Assembly (NCBI GenBank): GCA_032718475.1
Contig: JAUCBJ010001578.1
Span: 6,487-70,486 of the forward strand
Reading direction: 5' to 3'
Length of the DNA stretch: 64,000 bases
Origin: Nemertoderma westbladi
Taxonomy: Eukaryota; Animalia; Xenacoelomorpha
A model generated the notes under the pieces. That model saw nothing but the letters and a program-made list of their open reading frames with translations, ran no database searches and was not told the DNA's origin. Positions 13,498-27,400 of this stretch are shown one piece after another. The position numbers and the translations under genes were made by a program. The first letter of the stretch is position 1. Each line of letters starts with the position of its first letter.

Positions 13498-15664
13498 CTA
13501 GAAAGCCTGTGGCCCTTCGGGCCACAGCTTTCTAGTGCACGTGCAGATGATATATGAATATGTGTGGGAGATTGGAGAACTGCATACGGAACAGACACCA
13601 TCATTAAATAAAACACCACCCCCATAAGAGATAACTGTCAAGTTTCAACTTTAGTCAGATTGTAAATAACAAAATTTCCAGAAAATGATCACTTTCAGAT
13701 CCACCCTCTACCTGCGGACTGGTGAATGCAGACGGCGCTGCAGTTTGGTAAAGATGGGGTTTATGGAGAAGTAAAATGCCTGCCTTTCAAGTTTCAGCTT
13801 AAACAGATTGTAAATAACAAAATTGGTGTAGATGTTCACATTCAGACTTCTAGCGGTAGACTGAAGAACTGTAGACGACTCTGGGACTCCGTAAAGATAC
13901 AGAATATGCTGTAGTACATTCCTGCCAAGTTTCAGCTCAAAGGGATTAAAAAGAACCAATTGGGATGAGGTGTTCACTATCAGACAATTCGCCCTCTAGC
14001 GGCAGATAGGGGAACTGTATACAACTCTGCGACTCCATAAAGGTAGAGCCTATGCTGTAGTAGATGCCTACCAAGTTTCAGTCTAAACCGTTTGTAAATA
14101 ACAAAGTTGGAGAAGATGTTAACTTTCAGACATTTCACCCTCTAGCGGTAGACTGGGGAAGTGTATAGGACTCTGCAACTCCGTAAAGATAGAGCCTAGG
14201 ATGTAGTAGATACCTGCCAAGTTTCAGCTCAAAAGGATTAAAAAGAACCAAATGGGATGAGGTTTTCACTATCAGACAATTCGCCCTCTAGCGGATGACT
14301 GTGGAACTGTAGACGACTCTACTACTCCGCAAAGATATAGCCTATGCTATAGTATAGGCCTAAGTTTCAGTCTAAAAGGATTGTAAATAACAAAGTTGGA
14401 TGAGATGTTAACTTTCATACATTTCGCCCTCTAGCGGCAGACGCGGGTAATGTAGACAACTCTGCGCGACTCAGTAAAGATATAGCCTATGCTGTAGTAG
14501 ATGCCTACCAAGTTCAGTCTAAATGGATTATAAATAACAAAGTTGGAGAAGATGTTAACTTTCAGACATTTCGCCCTCTAGCGGTAGACTGGGGAATTGT
14601 AGACGACTCTGCGACTCAGTAAAGATACAGCCTTTGCTGTAGTAGATGCCTACCAAGTTTCAGTCTAAACGGATTGTAAATAACAAAGTTGGAAAAGATG
14701 TTAACTCTCAGACATTTAGCCCTCTAACGGTAGACTGGGGAACTGTGGACAACTCAGTGACTCCAGAATTATAAAGCCTATGCTGCTGCTGCAGTATATA
14801 GCAACCAAGTTTCAGCTCAAAAGCATTAAAAACAACCCAATGAGATCAGATTTTCAGTATCGGACAATTCGCCCTCTAGCAGCAGACGGGGGAACTTCAG
14901 ATGGCTCTGAGTATTACGTTGCAACGAGTTAGGGCGAGACCTATCTAACGAGCTATAGTAAGCGAGATTTCATCGAGATTAGATGTATAATATTAGATAA
15001 AATAATAATACAGTAAGTACAGGCGTAGAGAATAATTATTTTACTTTTAATATTCATAACAGTAAAACAAAAATGTTATAAACCTCTCCTTCCATGCAGC
15101 CAATGATTGAGAAAGCAGAATTACTCTGAGCAATTCGCAATAGACAACCCAAACCCACCCCAATCAACACTCCAGCCTGCTTGCTCCTTATCTGTGCCCA
15201 GCCAGCTAGTTGCGAGTTCAATAATTACCTTAACGTTGCTATGATACAGAAAACAATCCTTCCCTATTCAATACCAATAGGCCAATTCGATCGTGCTTGG
15301 CGAATATGACATATTTATACACTATTTGATTTTTAATCAATAAATAATCATACATATTTATATTAAACACTCGAATAAAATAAAAACTGTGTGAGAATGG
15401 GACACGGCGAATCTACCCATGTTAATTTTATACCAGGTGGGATAAATGTTAGCCCTCTAAATCATTAATTACCGATAGAAGAACCGAAATAATTCGATAA
15501 ATTTCGCCCGAAAATCACGAAAATCGCCCTCTAGCGGCAGACGGGTGAACTTCAGACAACTCTGAGTATTACGTTGCAACGAGTTAGAGCGAGACCTTTC
15601 TAACGAGCTATAGCAAGCGAGATTTCATCGAGATGGGTTCGATTGTATAGCCGATGACAAACAC

Positions 15665-15720
<56 letters not shown>

Positions 15721-15741
15721 TCGATATTTATATATATTAGA
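13498..15741 (-). mobile_element. Non-autonomous Helitron family A, full length (~2.2 kb)
   Basis: 5' TC + (CTGT)n; 3' ctgtggcccgaagggccacag hairpin then CTAG. Confidence 0.85.
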
Positions 15742-16347
15742 TAACAGTAAAACAAAAATGTTATAAACCTCTCCTTCCATGCAGCCAATGATTGAGAAAG
15801 CAGAATTACACTTGAGCAGTTCGCAACAGACAACCCAAACCCACCCCAATCAACACTCCAGCCTGGCTTGCTCCTTATCTGTGCCCAGCTAGCTGCGAGT
15901 TCAATAATTACCTTAACGTTGCTATGATACAGAAAACAATCCTTCCCTATTCAATAACTATAAGCCAATTCGATCCTGCTTGGCGAATATGACATATTTA
16001 TACACTATTTGATTTTTAATCAATAAATAATCATACATATTTATATTAAACACTCGAATAAAATAAAAACATTGTGAGAATGGGACACGGCAAATCTACC
16101 CATGTTAATTTTATACCAGGTGGGATAAATGTTAGCCCTCTAAATCATTAATTACCGATAGAAGAGCCGAAATAAATCGATAAATTTCGCCCGAAAATCA
16201 CGAAAATCGCCCTCTAGCGGCAGACGGGCGAACTTGAGACGGCTCTGAGTATTACGTTGCAACGAGTTAGGGCGAGACCTTTCTAACGAGCTATAGCAAG
16301 CGAGATTTCATCGAGATGGGTTCGATTGTATAGCCGATGACAAACAC

Positions 16348-16383
<36 letters not shown>

Positions 16384-16404
16384 TCGATATTTATATATAT
16401 TAGA
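15742..16404 (-). mobile_element. Family A 5' module only (~660 bp, no 3' hairpin)
   Basis: Near-identical to ~15056-15741; ends at ctgtta|TC on the minus strand. Confidence 0.8.
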
Positions 16405-18540
16405 CTAGAAAGCCCGTGGCCCTTCGGGCCACGGCTTTCTAGTTCACAAGCCTATTTTATTCACCTTTCCAAAGATTAGATTAATTAATTAACTTAACTT
16501 AACAAAACGTCACAAAATTGAGTGTTCTCTCAAACAAAAGGACTGAAGCTGTTTTACTTTTCAAATATCTACATACTACGTACAACATAAGGCTTAGGTT
16601 GTATAAAGTAGATAAATACCTGCCAAGTATCATTTCCAAAGGATTACAAATAGTAAAAATATGCAAGAAGGTTAAACTGTAGAACTGCAGGTGGTTATCA
16701 TCCTCATAAACACAACCTATAGTTTATTTAGTTTAGTAGGTAGTGCACAGTACTTTTAGATCGCTGCCAATAATAAACTCTAAAGAATTTAAATGGGAGA
16801 AGGATTTCACTTTCAGACAATTCGTCCCCTAGTGGCGGACTGGAGAACTGCAGACTGGTCAACGTCCTTCCCAAAGACGCAGCTTATGATGTAGTACAGT
16901 AGACCTCTGCCAAGTATCAGCTTAAAAGCATTTTTAATAAATAAATGTGAGAATGTTTTCACTTTTCAGACATTTCGCACCCTCTAGCAGTATACAGGAG
17001 AACTGCAGACTGGTTAGCATCCGCCCCAAACACACAGCCTATGGTGTAGTATACCTTTCCCAAGTATAAAAAAAAAGCATTAGAAACAACGAAATGGGAG
17101 AAGGTTTTCATTTCAGACATTTCACCCTCTAGCGGCAGACTGAGGAATTGCAGATTGGTCAGAGTTGTCCACAAAAACGCAGTCTATGGTGTAGTAGACC
17201 TCTGCAAAGTATCAGCATAAAAGCATTATTAATAACGAAATGGGTGAAGGTTTTCACTTTCAGACATTGCGCCCCCTAGTTGCAGACAGAAGAATTGCAG
17301 ATTGGTCTGAGTTCTCCACAAACACGCAGCCTATGGTGTTGTAGACCTCTGCCAAGTATCAGCCTAAAAGTATTATAAACAACGAAATGGTGTAAGGTTT
17401 TCACTTTCAGATATTTCACCCCCTAGCGGCCGAATGGAGAACTGCAGGTAGTTGGGCGTCCTCCACAGACACACACCATATGGTGTAATACACATCTGCC
17501 AAGTGTCAGCCTAAAAGCATTATTAATAACGAAATGGGTGAAGGTTTTCACTTTCAGACATTGCGCCCCCTAGTTGCAGACAGAAGAATTGCAGATTGGT
17601 CTGAGTTCTCCACAAACACGCAGCCTATGGTGTTGTAGACCTCTGCCAAGTATCAGCCTAAAAGTATTATAAACAACGAAATGGTATAAGGTTTTCACTT
17701 TCAGATATTTCACCCCCTAGCGGCCGAATGGAGAACTGCAGGTAGTTGGGCGTCCTCCACAGACACACACCATATGGTGTAATACACATCTGCCAAGTGT
17801 CAGCCTAAAAGCATTATTAATAACGAAATGGGATAAGGTTTTCACTTTCAGACATTTGGCCCCCTAGCGGTAGACTGGAGAAATGCAGACTGATTCTAGC
17901 TCCTCCCCAAACACGCTGTATGGTGTAGTAGACCTCTGCCAAGTATCAGCAAAAAAGCATTATAAACAAAGAAATGGGATAAGGTTTTCACTTTCAGATA
18001 TTTCTCCCCCTAGCGGCAGACTGGGGAATTGCAGATTGGTCAGCATCCTCCCCAAACACACAGCCTATGGTGTAGAAGACCTCTGCCATGTATCAGCTAA
18101 AAGGCTTTAATAATAACGAAATGGGAGATGTTTTCAGTTTCGGATATTTCGCCCCCTAGCGGCAGACTGGAGAACTGCAGATTGATCAGTGTCCTCCCAA
18201 ACACACAGTCTATGGTCGGGAACAGATCTGCAAAGTATCATTTAGAACAGATTAAGTCTGGTATCAAAAAGTAGCCTAATAGTCGGACCCAACATGTAGA
18301 GTGACAGAATGAACTGCTAGGCCTACTGCGCTACCGGTACCAAATTCACGAAATCTGCATTCACGCAAACAAACGCGTAAAATAAGACTCGAGATAGCGA
18401 CAGTGCACGTGCTCGTGACGAGAGCTTTCGTTCGATGTATCGCGAGCTCCGATTGGTGCTTGTGTGTAGAAACGTATAGCTTGGACAGACAAACAAACAG
18501 ACAGACAGACAGACAGACACATGATATTTATATATATAGA
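16405..18540 (-). mobile_element. Non-autonomous Helitron family B with expanded repeat array
   Basis: Same termini as 11839-13497; contains a recent ~295 bp dimer duplication (~17220-17810). Confidence 0.8.
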
Positions 18541-20760
18541 CTAGAAAGCCTGTGGCCCTTCGGGCCACAGCTTTCTAGTGCACGTGCAGATGATATATGA
18601 ATATGTGTGGGAGATTTGAGAACTGCATACGGAATATACACCATCATTAAATAAAACACCACCCCCATAAGATATAACTGTCAAGTTTCAACTTTAGGCA
18701 GATTGTAAATAACAAAATTTCCAGAAAATGATCACTTTCAGATCCACCCTCTACCTGCGGACTGGTGAAATGCAGACGACGCTGCAGTTTGGTAAAGATG
18801 GGGTTTATGGTGAAGTAAAATGCCTGCCTTTCAAGTTTCAGCTTAAACAGATTGTAAATAACAAAATTGGTGTAGATGTTCACATTCAGACATTTCACCC
18901 TCTAGCGGTAGACTGAAGAACTGTAGACGACTCTGGGACTCCGTAAAGATACAGAATATGCTGTAGTAGATTCCTGCCAAGTTCCAGCTCAAAGGGATTA
19001 AAAAGAACCAATTGGGATGAGGTGTTCACTAACAGACAATTCGCCCTCTAGCGGCAGATAGGGGAACTGTATACAACTCTGCGACTCAGTAAATGTAGAG
19101 CCTATGCTGTAGTAGATGCCTACCAAGTTTCAGTCTAAACCGTTTGTAAATAACAAAGTTGGAGAAGATGTTAACTTTCAGACATTTCACCCTCTAGCGG
19201 TAGACCGGGGAAGTGTATAGGACTCTGCAACTCCGTAAAGATAGAGCCTATGATGTAGTAGATACCAACCAAGTTTCAGCTCAAAATGATTAAAAAGAAC
19301 CAAATGGGATGAGGTTTTCACTATCAGACAATTCGCCCTCTTGCGGCTGACTGTGGAACTGTAGACAACTCTACTACTCCGCAAAGATATAGCCTATGCT
19401 ATAGTAGATGCCTACCAAGTTTCAGTCTAAAAGGATTGTAAATAACAAAGTTGGAGAAGATGTTAACTTTCATACATTTCGCCCTCTAGCGGCAGACGCG
19501 GGTACTGTAGACAACTCTGCGCGACTCAGTAAAGATATAGCCTATGCTGTAGTAGATGCCTACCAAGTTCAGTCTAAATGGATTATAAATAACAAAGTTG
19601 GAGAAGATGTTAACTTTCAGACATTTCGCCCTCTAGCGGTAGACCGGGGAATTGTAGACGACTCTGCTACTCAGTAAAGATACAGTCTATGCTGTAGTAG
19701 ATGCCTACCAAGTTTCAGTCTAAACGGATTGTAAATAACAAAGTTGGAGAAGATGTTAACTCTCAGACATTTAGCCCTCTAACGGTAGACTGGGGAACTG
19801 TAGACAACCCAGTGACTCCGGAAATAATACAGCCTATGCTGCAGTATATAGCTACCAAGTTTCAGCTCAAAAGCATTAAAAACAACCCAATGAGATCAGG
19901 TTTTCACTATCGGACAATTCGCCCTCTAGCGGCAGACGGGGGAACTTCAGACGGCTCTGAGTATTACGTTGCAACGACTTAGGGCGAGACCTATCTAACG
20001 AGCTATAGTAAGCGAGATTTCATCGAGATTATATGTATACTATTAGATAAAATAATAATACAGTAAGTATAGGCCTACAGAAATAATTATTTTCCTTTTA
20101 ATATTCATAACAGTAAAACAAAAATGTTATAAACCTCTCCTTCCATGCAGCCAATGATTGAAAAAGCAGAATTACTCTGAGCAATTAGCAATAGACAACC
20201 CAAACCCACCCCAATCAACACTCCAGCCTGCTTGCTCCTTATCTGTGCCCAGCCAGCTAGCTGCGAGTTCAATAATTACCTTAACGTTGCTATGATACAG
20301 AAAACAATCCTTCCCTATTCAATAGCAATAGGCCAATTCGATCGTGCTTGGCGAATATGACATATTTATACACTATTTGATTTTTAATCAATAAATAATC
20401 ATACATATTTATATTAAACACTCGAATAAAATAAAAACTTTGTGAGAATGGGACACGGCGAATCTACCCATGTTAATTTTATACCAGGTGGGATAAATGT
20501 TAGCCCTCTAAATCATTAATTACCGATAGAAGAACCGAAATAATTCGATAAATTTCGCCCGAAAATCACGAAAATCGCCCTCTAGCGGCAGACGGGTGAA
20601 CTTCAGACGACTCTGAGTATTACGTTGCAACGAGTTAGAGCGAGACCTTTCTAACGAGCTATAGCAAGCGAGATTTCATCGAGATGGGTTCGATTGTATA
20701 GCCGATGACAAACACACAGACAGACAGACAGACAGACAATCGATATTTATATATATTAGA
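18541..20760 (-). mobile_element. Non-autonomous Helitron family A, full length
   Basis: TC...hairpin-CTAG termini; exact junctions at 18540/18541 and 20760/20761. Confidence 0.85.
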
Positions 20761-22984
20761 CTAGAAAGCCTGTGGCCCTTCGGGCCACAGCTTTCTAGTG
20801 CACGTGCAGATGATATATGAATATGTGTGGGAGATTTGAGAACTGTATACGGAACAGACACCACATCATTAAATAAAACACCACCCCCATAAGAGATAAC
20901 TGTCAAGTTTCAACTTTAGGCAGATTGTAAATAACAAAATTTCCAGAAAATGATCACTTTCAGATCCACCCTCTACCTGCGTACTGGTGAAATGCAGACG
21001 GCGCTGCAGTTTGGTAAAGATGGGGTTTATGGTGAAGTAAAATGCCTGCCTTTCAAGTTTCAGCTTAAACAGATTGTAAATAACAAAATTGGTGTAGATG
21101 TTCACATTCAGACATTTCACCCTCTAGCGGTAGACTGAAGAACTGTAGACAACTCTGGGACTCCGTAAAGATACAGAATATGCTGTAGTAGATTCCTGCC
21201 AAGTTTCAGCTCAAAGGGATTAAAAAGAACCAATTGGGATGAGGTGTTCACTATCAGACAATTCGCCCTCTAGCGGCAGATAGGGGAACTGTATACAACT
21301 CTGCGACTCCGTAAAGGTAGAGCCTATGCTGTAGTAGATGCCTACCAAGTTTCAGTCTAAACCGTTTGTAAATAACAAAGTTGGAGAAGATGTTAACTTT
21401 CAGACATTTCACCCTCTAGCGGTAGACTGGGGAAGTGTATAAGACTCTGCAACTCCGTAAAGATAGAGCCTAGGATGTAGTAGATACCTGCCAAGTTTCA
21501 GCTCAAAAGGATTAAAAAGAACCAAATGGGATGAGGTTTTCACTATCAGACAATTCGCCCTCTTGCGGCTGACTGTGGAACTGTAGACGACTCTACTACT
21601 CCGCAAAGATATAGCCTATGCTATAGTAGATGCCTACCAAGTTTCAGTCTAAAAGGATTGTAAATAACAAAGTTGGAGAAGATGTTAACTTTCATACATT
21701 TCGCCCTCTAGCGGCAGACGCGGGTACTGTAGACAACTCTGCGCGACTCAGTAAAGATATAGCCTATGCTGTAGTAGATGTCTACCAAGTTCAGTCTAAA
21801 TGGATTATAAATAACAAAGTTTTGGAGAAGATGTTAACTTTCAGACATTTCGCCCTCTAGCGGTAGACTGGGGAAATGTAGACGACTCTGCGACTCAGTA
21901 AAGATACAGCCTATGCTGTAGTAGATGCCTACCAAGTTTCAGTCTAAACGGATTGTAAATAACAAAGTTGGAGAAGATGTTAACTCTCAGACATTTAGCC
22001 CTCTAACGGTAGACTGGGGAACTGTGGACAACTCAGTGACTCCGGAATTATAAAGCCTATGCTGCAGCTGCAGTATATAGCTACCAAGTTTCAGCTCAAA
22101 AGCATTAAAAACAACCCAATAAGATCAGGTTCTCACTATCGGACAATTCGCCCTCTAGCGGCAGACGGGGGAACTTCAGACGGCTCAGAGTATTACGTTG
22201 CAACGAGTTAGGGCGAGACCTATCTAACGAGCTATAGTAAGCGAGATTTCATCGAGATTAGATGTATAATATTAGATAAAATAATAATACAGTAAGTACA
22301 GGCGTAGAGAAATAATTATTTTACTTTTAATATTCATAACAGTAAAACAAAAATGTTATAAACCTCTCCTTCCATGCAGCCAATGATTGAGAAAGCAGAA
22401 TTACTCTGAGCAATTCGCAATAGACAACCCAAACCCACCCCAATCAACACTCCAGCCTGCTTGCTCCTTATCTGTGCCCAGCCAGCTAGCTGCGAATTCA
22501 ATAATTACCTTAATTAACGTTGCTATGATACAGAAAACAATCCGTCCCTATTCAATACCAATAGGCCAATTCGATCGTGCTTGGCGAATATGACATATTT
22601 ATACACTACTTGATTTTTAATTAATAAATAATCATACATATTTATATTAAACACTCGAATAAAATAAAAACTTTGTGAGAATGGGACACGGCGAATCTAC
22701 CCATGTTAATTTTATACTAGGTGGGATAAATGTTAGCCCTCTAAATCATTAATTACCGATAGAAGAACGAAATAATTCGATAAATTTCTCCCGAAAATCA
22801 CGAAAATCGCCCTCTAGCGGCAGACGGGCGAACTTCAGACGGCTCTGAGTATTACGTTGCAACGAGTTAGGGCGAAACCTTTCTAACGAGCTATAGCAAG
22901 CGAGATTTCATCGAGATGGGTTCGATTGTATAGCCGATGACAAACACACAGACAGACAGACAATCGATATTTATATATATTAGA
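20761..22984 (-). mobile_element. Non-autonomous Helitron family A, full length
   Basis: Direct tandem copy of 18541-20760. Confidence 0.85.
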
Positions 22985-23625
22985 TAACAGTAAAACAAAA
23001 ATGTTATAAACCTCTCCTTCCATGCAGCCAATGATTGAGAAAGCAGAATTACACTTGAGCAGTTCGCAACAGACAACCCAAACCCACCCCAATCAACACT
23101 CCAGCCTGGCTTGCTCCTTATCTGTGCCCAGCTAGCTGCGAGTTCAATAATTACCTTAACGTTGCTATGATACAGAAAACAATCCTTCCCTATTCAATAA
23201 CTATAAGCCAATTCGATCCTGCTTGGCGAATATGACATATTTATACACTATTTGATTTTTAATCAATAAATAATCATACATATTTATATTAAACACTCGA
23301 ATAAAATAAAAACTTTGTGAGAATGGGACACGGCGAATCTACCCATGTTAATTTTATACCAGGTGGGATAAATGTTAGCCCTCTAAATCATTAATTACCG
23401 ATAGAAGAGCCGAAATAAATCGATAAATTTCGCCCGAAAATCACGAAAATCGCCCTCTAGCGGCAGACGGGCGAACTTGAGACGGCTCTGAGTATTACGT
23501 TGCAACGAGTTAGGGCGAGACCTTTCTAACGAGCTATAGCAAGCGAGATTTCATCGAGATGGGTTCGATTGTATAGCCGATGACAAACACACAGACAGAC
23601 AGACAATCGATATTTATATATATTA
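22985..23625 (-). mobile_element. Family A 5' module only
   Basis: Same breakpoint (ga|taacagtaaaac) and same diagnostic variants (aattacacttgagcagt) as 15742-16404. Confidence 0.8.
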
Positions 23626-26126
23626 CTAGAAAGCCTGTGGCCCTTCGGGCCACAGCTTTCTAGTGCACGTGCAGATGATATATGAATATGTGTGGGAGAT
23701 TGGAGAATTGCATACGGAACAGACACCATCATTAAATAAAACACCACCCCCATAAGAGATAACTATCAAGTTTCAACTTTAGTCAGTTTATAACAAAATT
23801 TCCAGAAAATGATCACTTTCAGATCCACCCTCTACCTGCGGACTGGTGAAATGTAGACGGCGCTGCAGTTTGGTAAAGATGGGGTTTATGGTGAAGTAAA
23901 ATGGCTGCCTTTCAAGTTTCAGCTTAAACAGATTGTAAATAACAAAATTGGTGTAGATGTTCACATTCAGACATTTCACCCTCTAGCGGTAGACTGAAGA
24001 ACTGTAGACGACTCTGGGACTCTGTAAAGATACAGAATATGCTGTAGTAGATTCCTGCTAAGTTTCAGCTCAAAGGGATTAAAAAGAACCAATTGGGATG
24101 AGGTGTTCACTATCAGACAATTCGCCCTCTTGCGGCAGATAGGGGAACTGCATACAACTCTGCGACTCCGTAAAGGTAGAGCCTATGCTGTAGTAGATGC
24201 CTACCAAGTTTCAGTCTAAACCGTTTGTAAATAACAAAGTTGGAGAAGATGTTAACTTTCAGACATTTCACCCTCTAGCGGTAGACTGGGGAAGTGTATA
24301 GGACTCTGCCTGCAACTCCGTAAAGATAGATCCTAGGATGTAGTAGATACCTGCCAAGTTTCAGCTCAAAAGGTTTAAAAATAACCAAATGGGATGAGGT
24401 TTTCACTATCAGACAATTCGCCCTCTAGCGGCTGACTGTGGAACTGTAGATGACTCTACTACTCCGCAAAGATATAGCCTATGCTATAGTAGATGCCTAC
24501 CAAGTTCCAGTATAAAAGGATTGTAAATAACAAAGTTGGAGAATATGTTAACTTTCATACATTTCGCCCTCTAGCGGCACACGCGGGTACTGTAGACAAC
24601 TCTGCGCGACTCAGTAAAGATATAGCCTATGCTGTAGTAGATTCCTACCAAGTTCAGTCTAAACGGATTATAAATAACAAAGTTGGAGAAGATGTTAACT
24701 TTCAGACATTTCGCCCTCTAGCGGTAGACCGGGGAATTGTAGACGACTCTGCTACTCAGTAAAGATACAGCCTATGCTGTAGTAGATGCCTACCAAGTTT
24801 CAGTCTAAACGGATTGTAAATAACAAAGTTGGAGAAGATGTTAACTCTCAGAGATTTAGCCATCTAACGGTAGACTGGGGAACTGTAGACAACTCAGTGA
24901 CTGCGGAAATATACAGCCTATGTTGCAGTATATAGCTACCAAGTTTCAGCTCAAAAGAATTAAAAATAACAAAGTGGGAGAAGATGTTAACTTTCAGACA
25001 TTTCGCCCTCTAGCGGTAGACTGGGGAATTGTAGACGACTCTGCGACTCAGTAAAGATACAGCCTATGCTGTAGTAGATGGCTACCGAGTTTCAGTCTAA
25101 ACGGATTGTAAATAACAAAGTTGGAGAAGATGTTAACTCTCAGACATTTAGCCCTCTAACGGTAGACTGGGGAACTGTAGACAACTCAGTGACTCCGGAA
25201 ATATACAGCCTATGCTGCAGTATATAGCTACCGAGTTTCAGCTCAAAAGCATTAAAAACAACCCAATGAGATCAGGTTTTCACTATCGGACAATTCGCCC
25301 CCTAGCGGCAGACTTGGGAACTTCAGACGGCTCTGAGTATTACGTTGTAACGAGTTAGGGCGAGACCTATCTAACGAGCTATAGTAAGCGAGATGTCATC
25401 GAGATTAGATGTATAATATTAGATAAAATAATAATACAGTAAGTACAGGCCTACAGAAATAATTATTTTACTTTTAATATTCATAACAGTAAAACAAAAA
25501 TGTTATAAACCTCTCCTTCCATGCAGCCAATGATTGAGAAAGCAGAATTACTCAGAGCAATTCGCAACAGACAACCCAAACCCACCCCAATCAACACTCC
25601 AGCCTGCTTGCTCCTTATCTGTGCCCAGCCAGCTAGCTGCGAGTTCAATAATTACCTTAACGTTGCTAAGAACAGAAAACAATCCTTCCCTATTCACTAC
25701 AGCACTAAGAATAGGCCAATTCGATCGTGCTTGGCGAATATGACATATTTATACACTATTTGATTTTTAATCAATAAATAATCATACATATTTATATTAA
25801 ACACTCGAATAAAATAAAAACTTTGTGAGAATGGGACACGGCGAATCTACCCATGTTAATTTTATACCAGGTGGGATAAATGTTAGCCCTCTAAATCATT
25901 AATTACCGATAGAAGAACCGAAATAATTCGATAAATTTCGCACGAAAATCACGAAAACGCCCTCTAGCGGCAGACGGGTGAACTTCAGACGACTCTGAGT
26001 ATTACGTTGCAACGAGTTAGAGCGAGACCTTTCTAACGAGCTATAGCAAGCGAGATTTCATCGAGATGGGTTCGATTGTATAGTCGATGACAAACACACA
26101 GACAATCGATATTTATATATATTAGA
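23626..26126 (-). mobile_element. Non-autonomous Helitron family A with two extra repeat units
   Basis: Same termini; ~290 bp extra around 24965-25255. Confidence 0.85.
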
Positions 26127-26131
26127 TTAAA

Positions 26132-27400
26132 CTAGAAAGCCAGTGGCCCTTCGGGCCACGGCTTTCTAGTTCACAAGCTTCTTCACCATTCCAAACATTA
26201 ATTAGTAATTAACTTAACTTAACAAACGTCACATGAGTGAGTGTTCTCACTAAAAAGGATAGGACTGATGCTGTTTTACTTTTCAGATATCAACTACATA
26301 CAGTACAACATTGTATAAGGCTCAGGTTATACTGTAGTAGATACCTGTCAAGTATCACTTCCAAAGGATTAGAAACAGTAAAAACATGGAAGAAGATTAA
26401 ACTGTCACACATTTTGCCCTTAGTGGAAAACTGTAGCTTAATGTAGAACTGCATCCTCGTAAACACAACCTATAGTTTATTTAGTAGGTACTTTTAGATC
26501 GCTACCTATAATCAACTCTAAAGAATTTAAATGGGAGAAGGATTACACTTTCAAATAATTCGTCCCCTAGTGGCAGATTGGAGAACTGCAGACTGGTCAA
26601 CGCCTTCCCAAAGGCGCAGCCGATGATGTACTGTAGTACACTATGTAGACCTCTGTCAAGTATCAGCCTAAAAGCATTTATAATAACGTAATGTGAGAAT
26701 GTTTTGATACATTCAGACAATTCGCACCCTAGCCGTAGCCGGTAGACTGGAGAACTGCAGACTGGTTAGCGTCCTTCCCAAACACACAGTCTATGGTGTA
26801 GGTGGTATACGTTTCCCTAGTATAATCAAAAAGTATTAGAAACAACGAAATGGGATTAGGTTTTCACTTTCAGATATTTCGCCCCACCATGTGAAGAATA
26901 CCACGATTTCACTTTTCGGTCGACTTTTTATTGGAATTTTAAATATGAAGATTTTTTACTTTTTAAAAGTTATCTTTGTTAAGTGTTTTATAGCGCTTAT
27001 TACTGTCTTATAACCTGTACATATACTAATTCGTTAATTGTTTTGATTAGATTCAGCCCTTCTGTAACCTGTGTTTTTGTTGAAAAGCCTGGTATACTTC
27101 AAATGGGGGTAACTGCAAAGTGAAATATAACGGCAGGACGTCTGGTATTCTTCATTTGGGCCTTTCGCCCCCTAGTGGCAGACTGGGGAATTGTAAACTG
27201 GTAAAAGCCCATCAAACTCGCAGTCTATGATGTAGTAGAGCTGTAGTTTTCACTTTCAGACATTTCTCCCCCAAGCGGCAGACTGAGAAATTGCAGATTG
27301 GTCAGCAGTGTCCTCTCATACACGCAGTTTATGGTCAGGTACATATCAGCAAAAGTGTCAAGTAGGACGTAATGTTGGTGGAGTTGGATGAAACTTTGAT
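26132..27400 (-). mobile_element. Helitron family B 3' portion, continuing into unique sequence
   Basis: ctagaaagccagtggcccttcgggccacggctttctagttcacaagc at 26132 plus diverged repeats; no family B 5' end follows. Confidence 0.7.

Noticed and set aside
10056-25763. Recurrent short ORFs (MPTKFQSKR..., MKCLNVNI..., CLSV repeats)
   Set aside because: By-products of tandem repeats and microsatellites; frames break between copies.
9540-27300. CRISPR-like repeat/spacer reading of the periodic motif
   Set aside because: Intervening sequences are homologous to each other, the period is ~146 bp, there are no cas genes and the context is eukaryotic.
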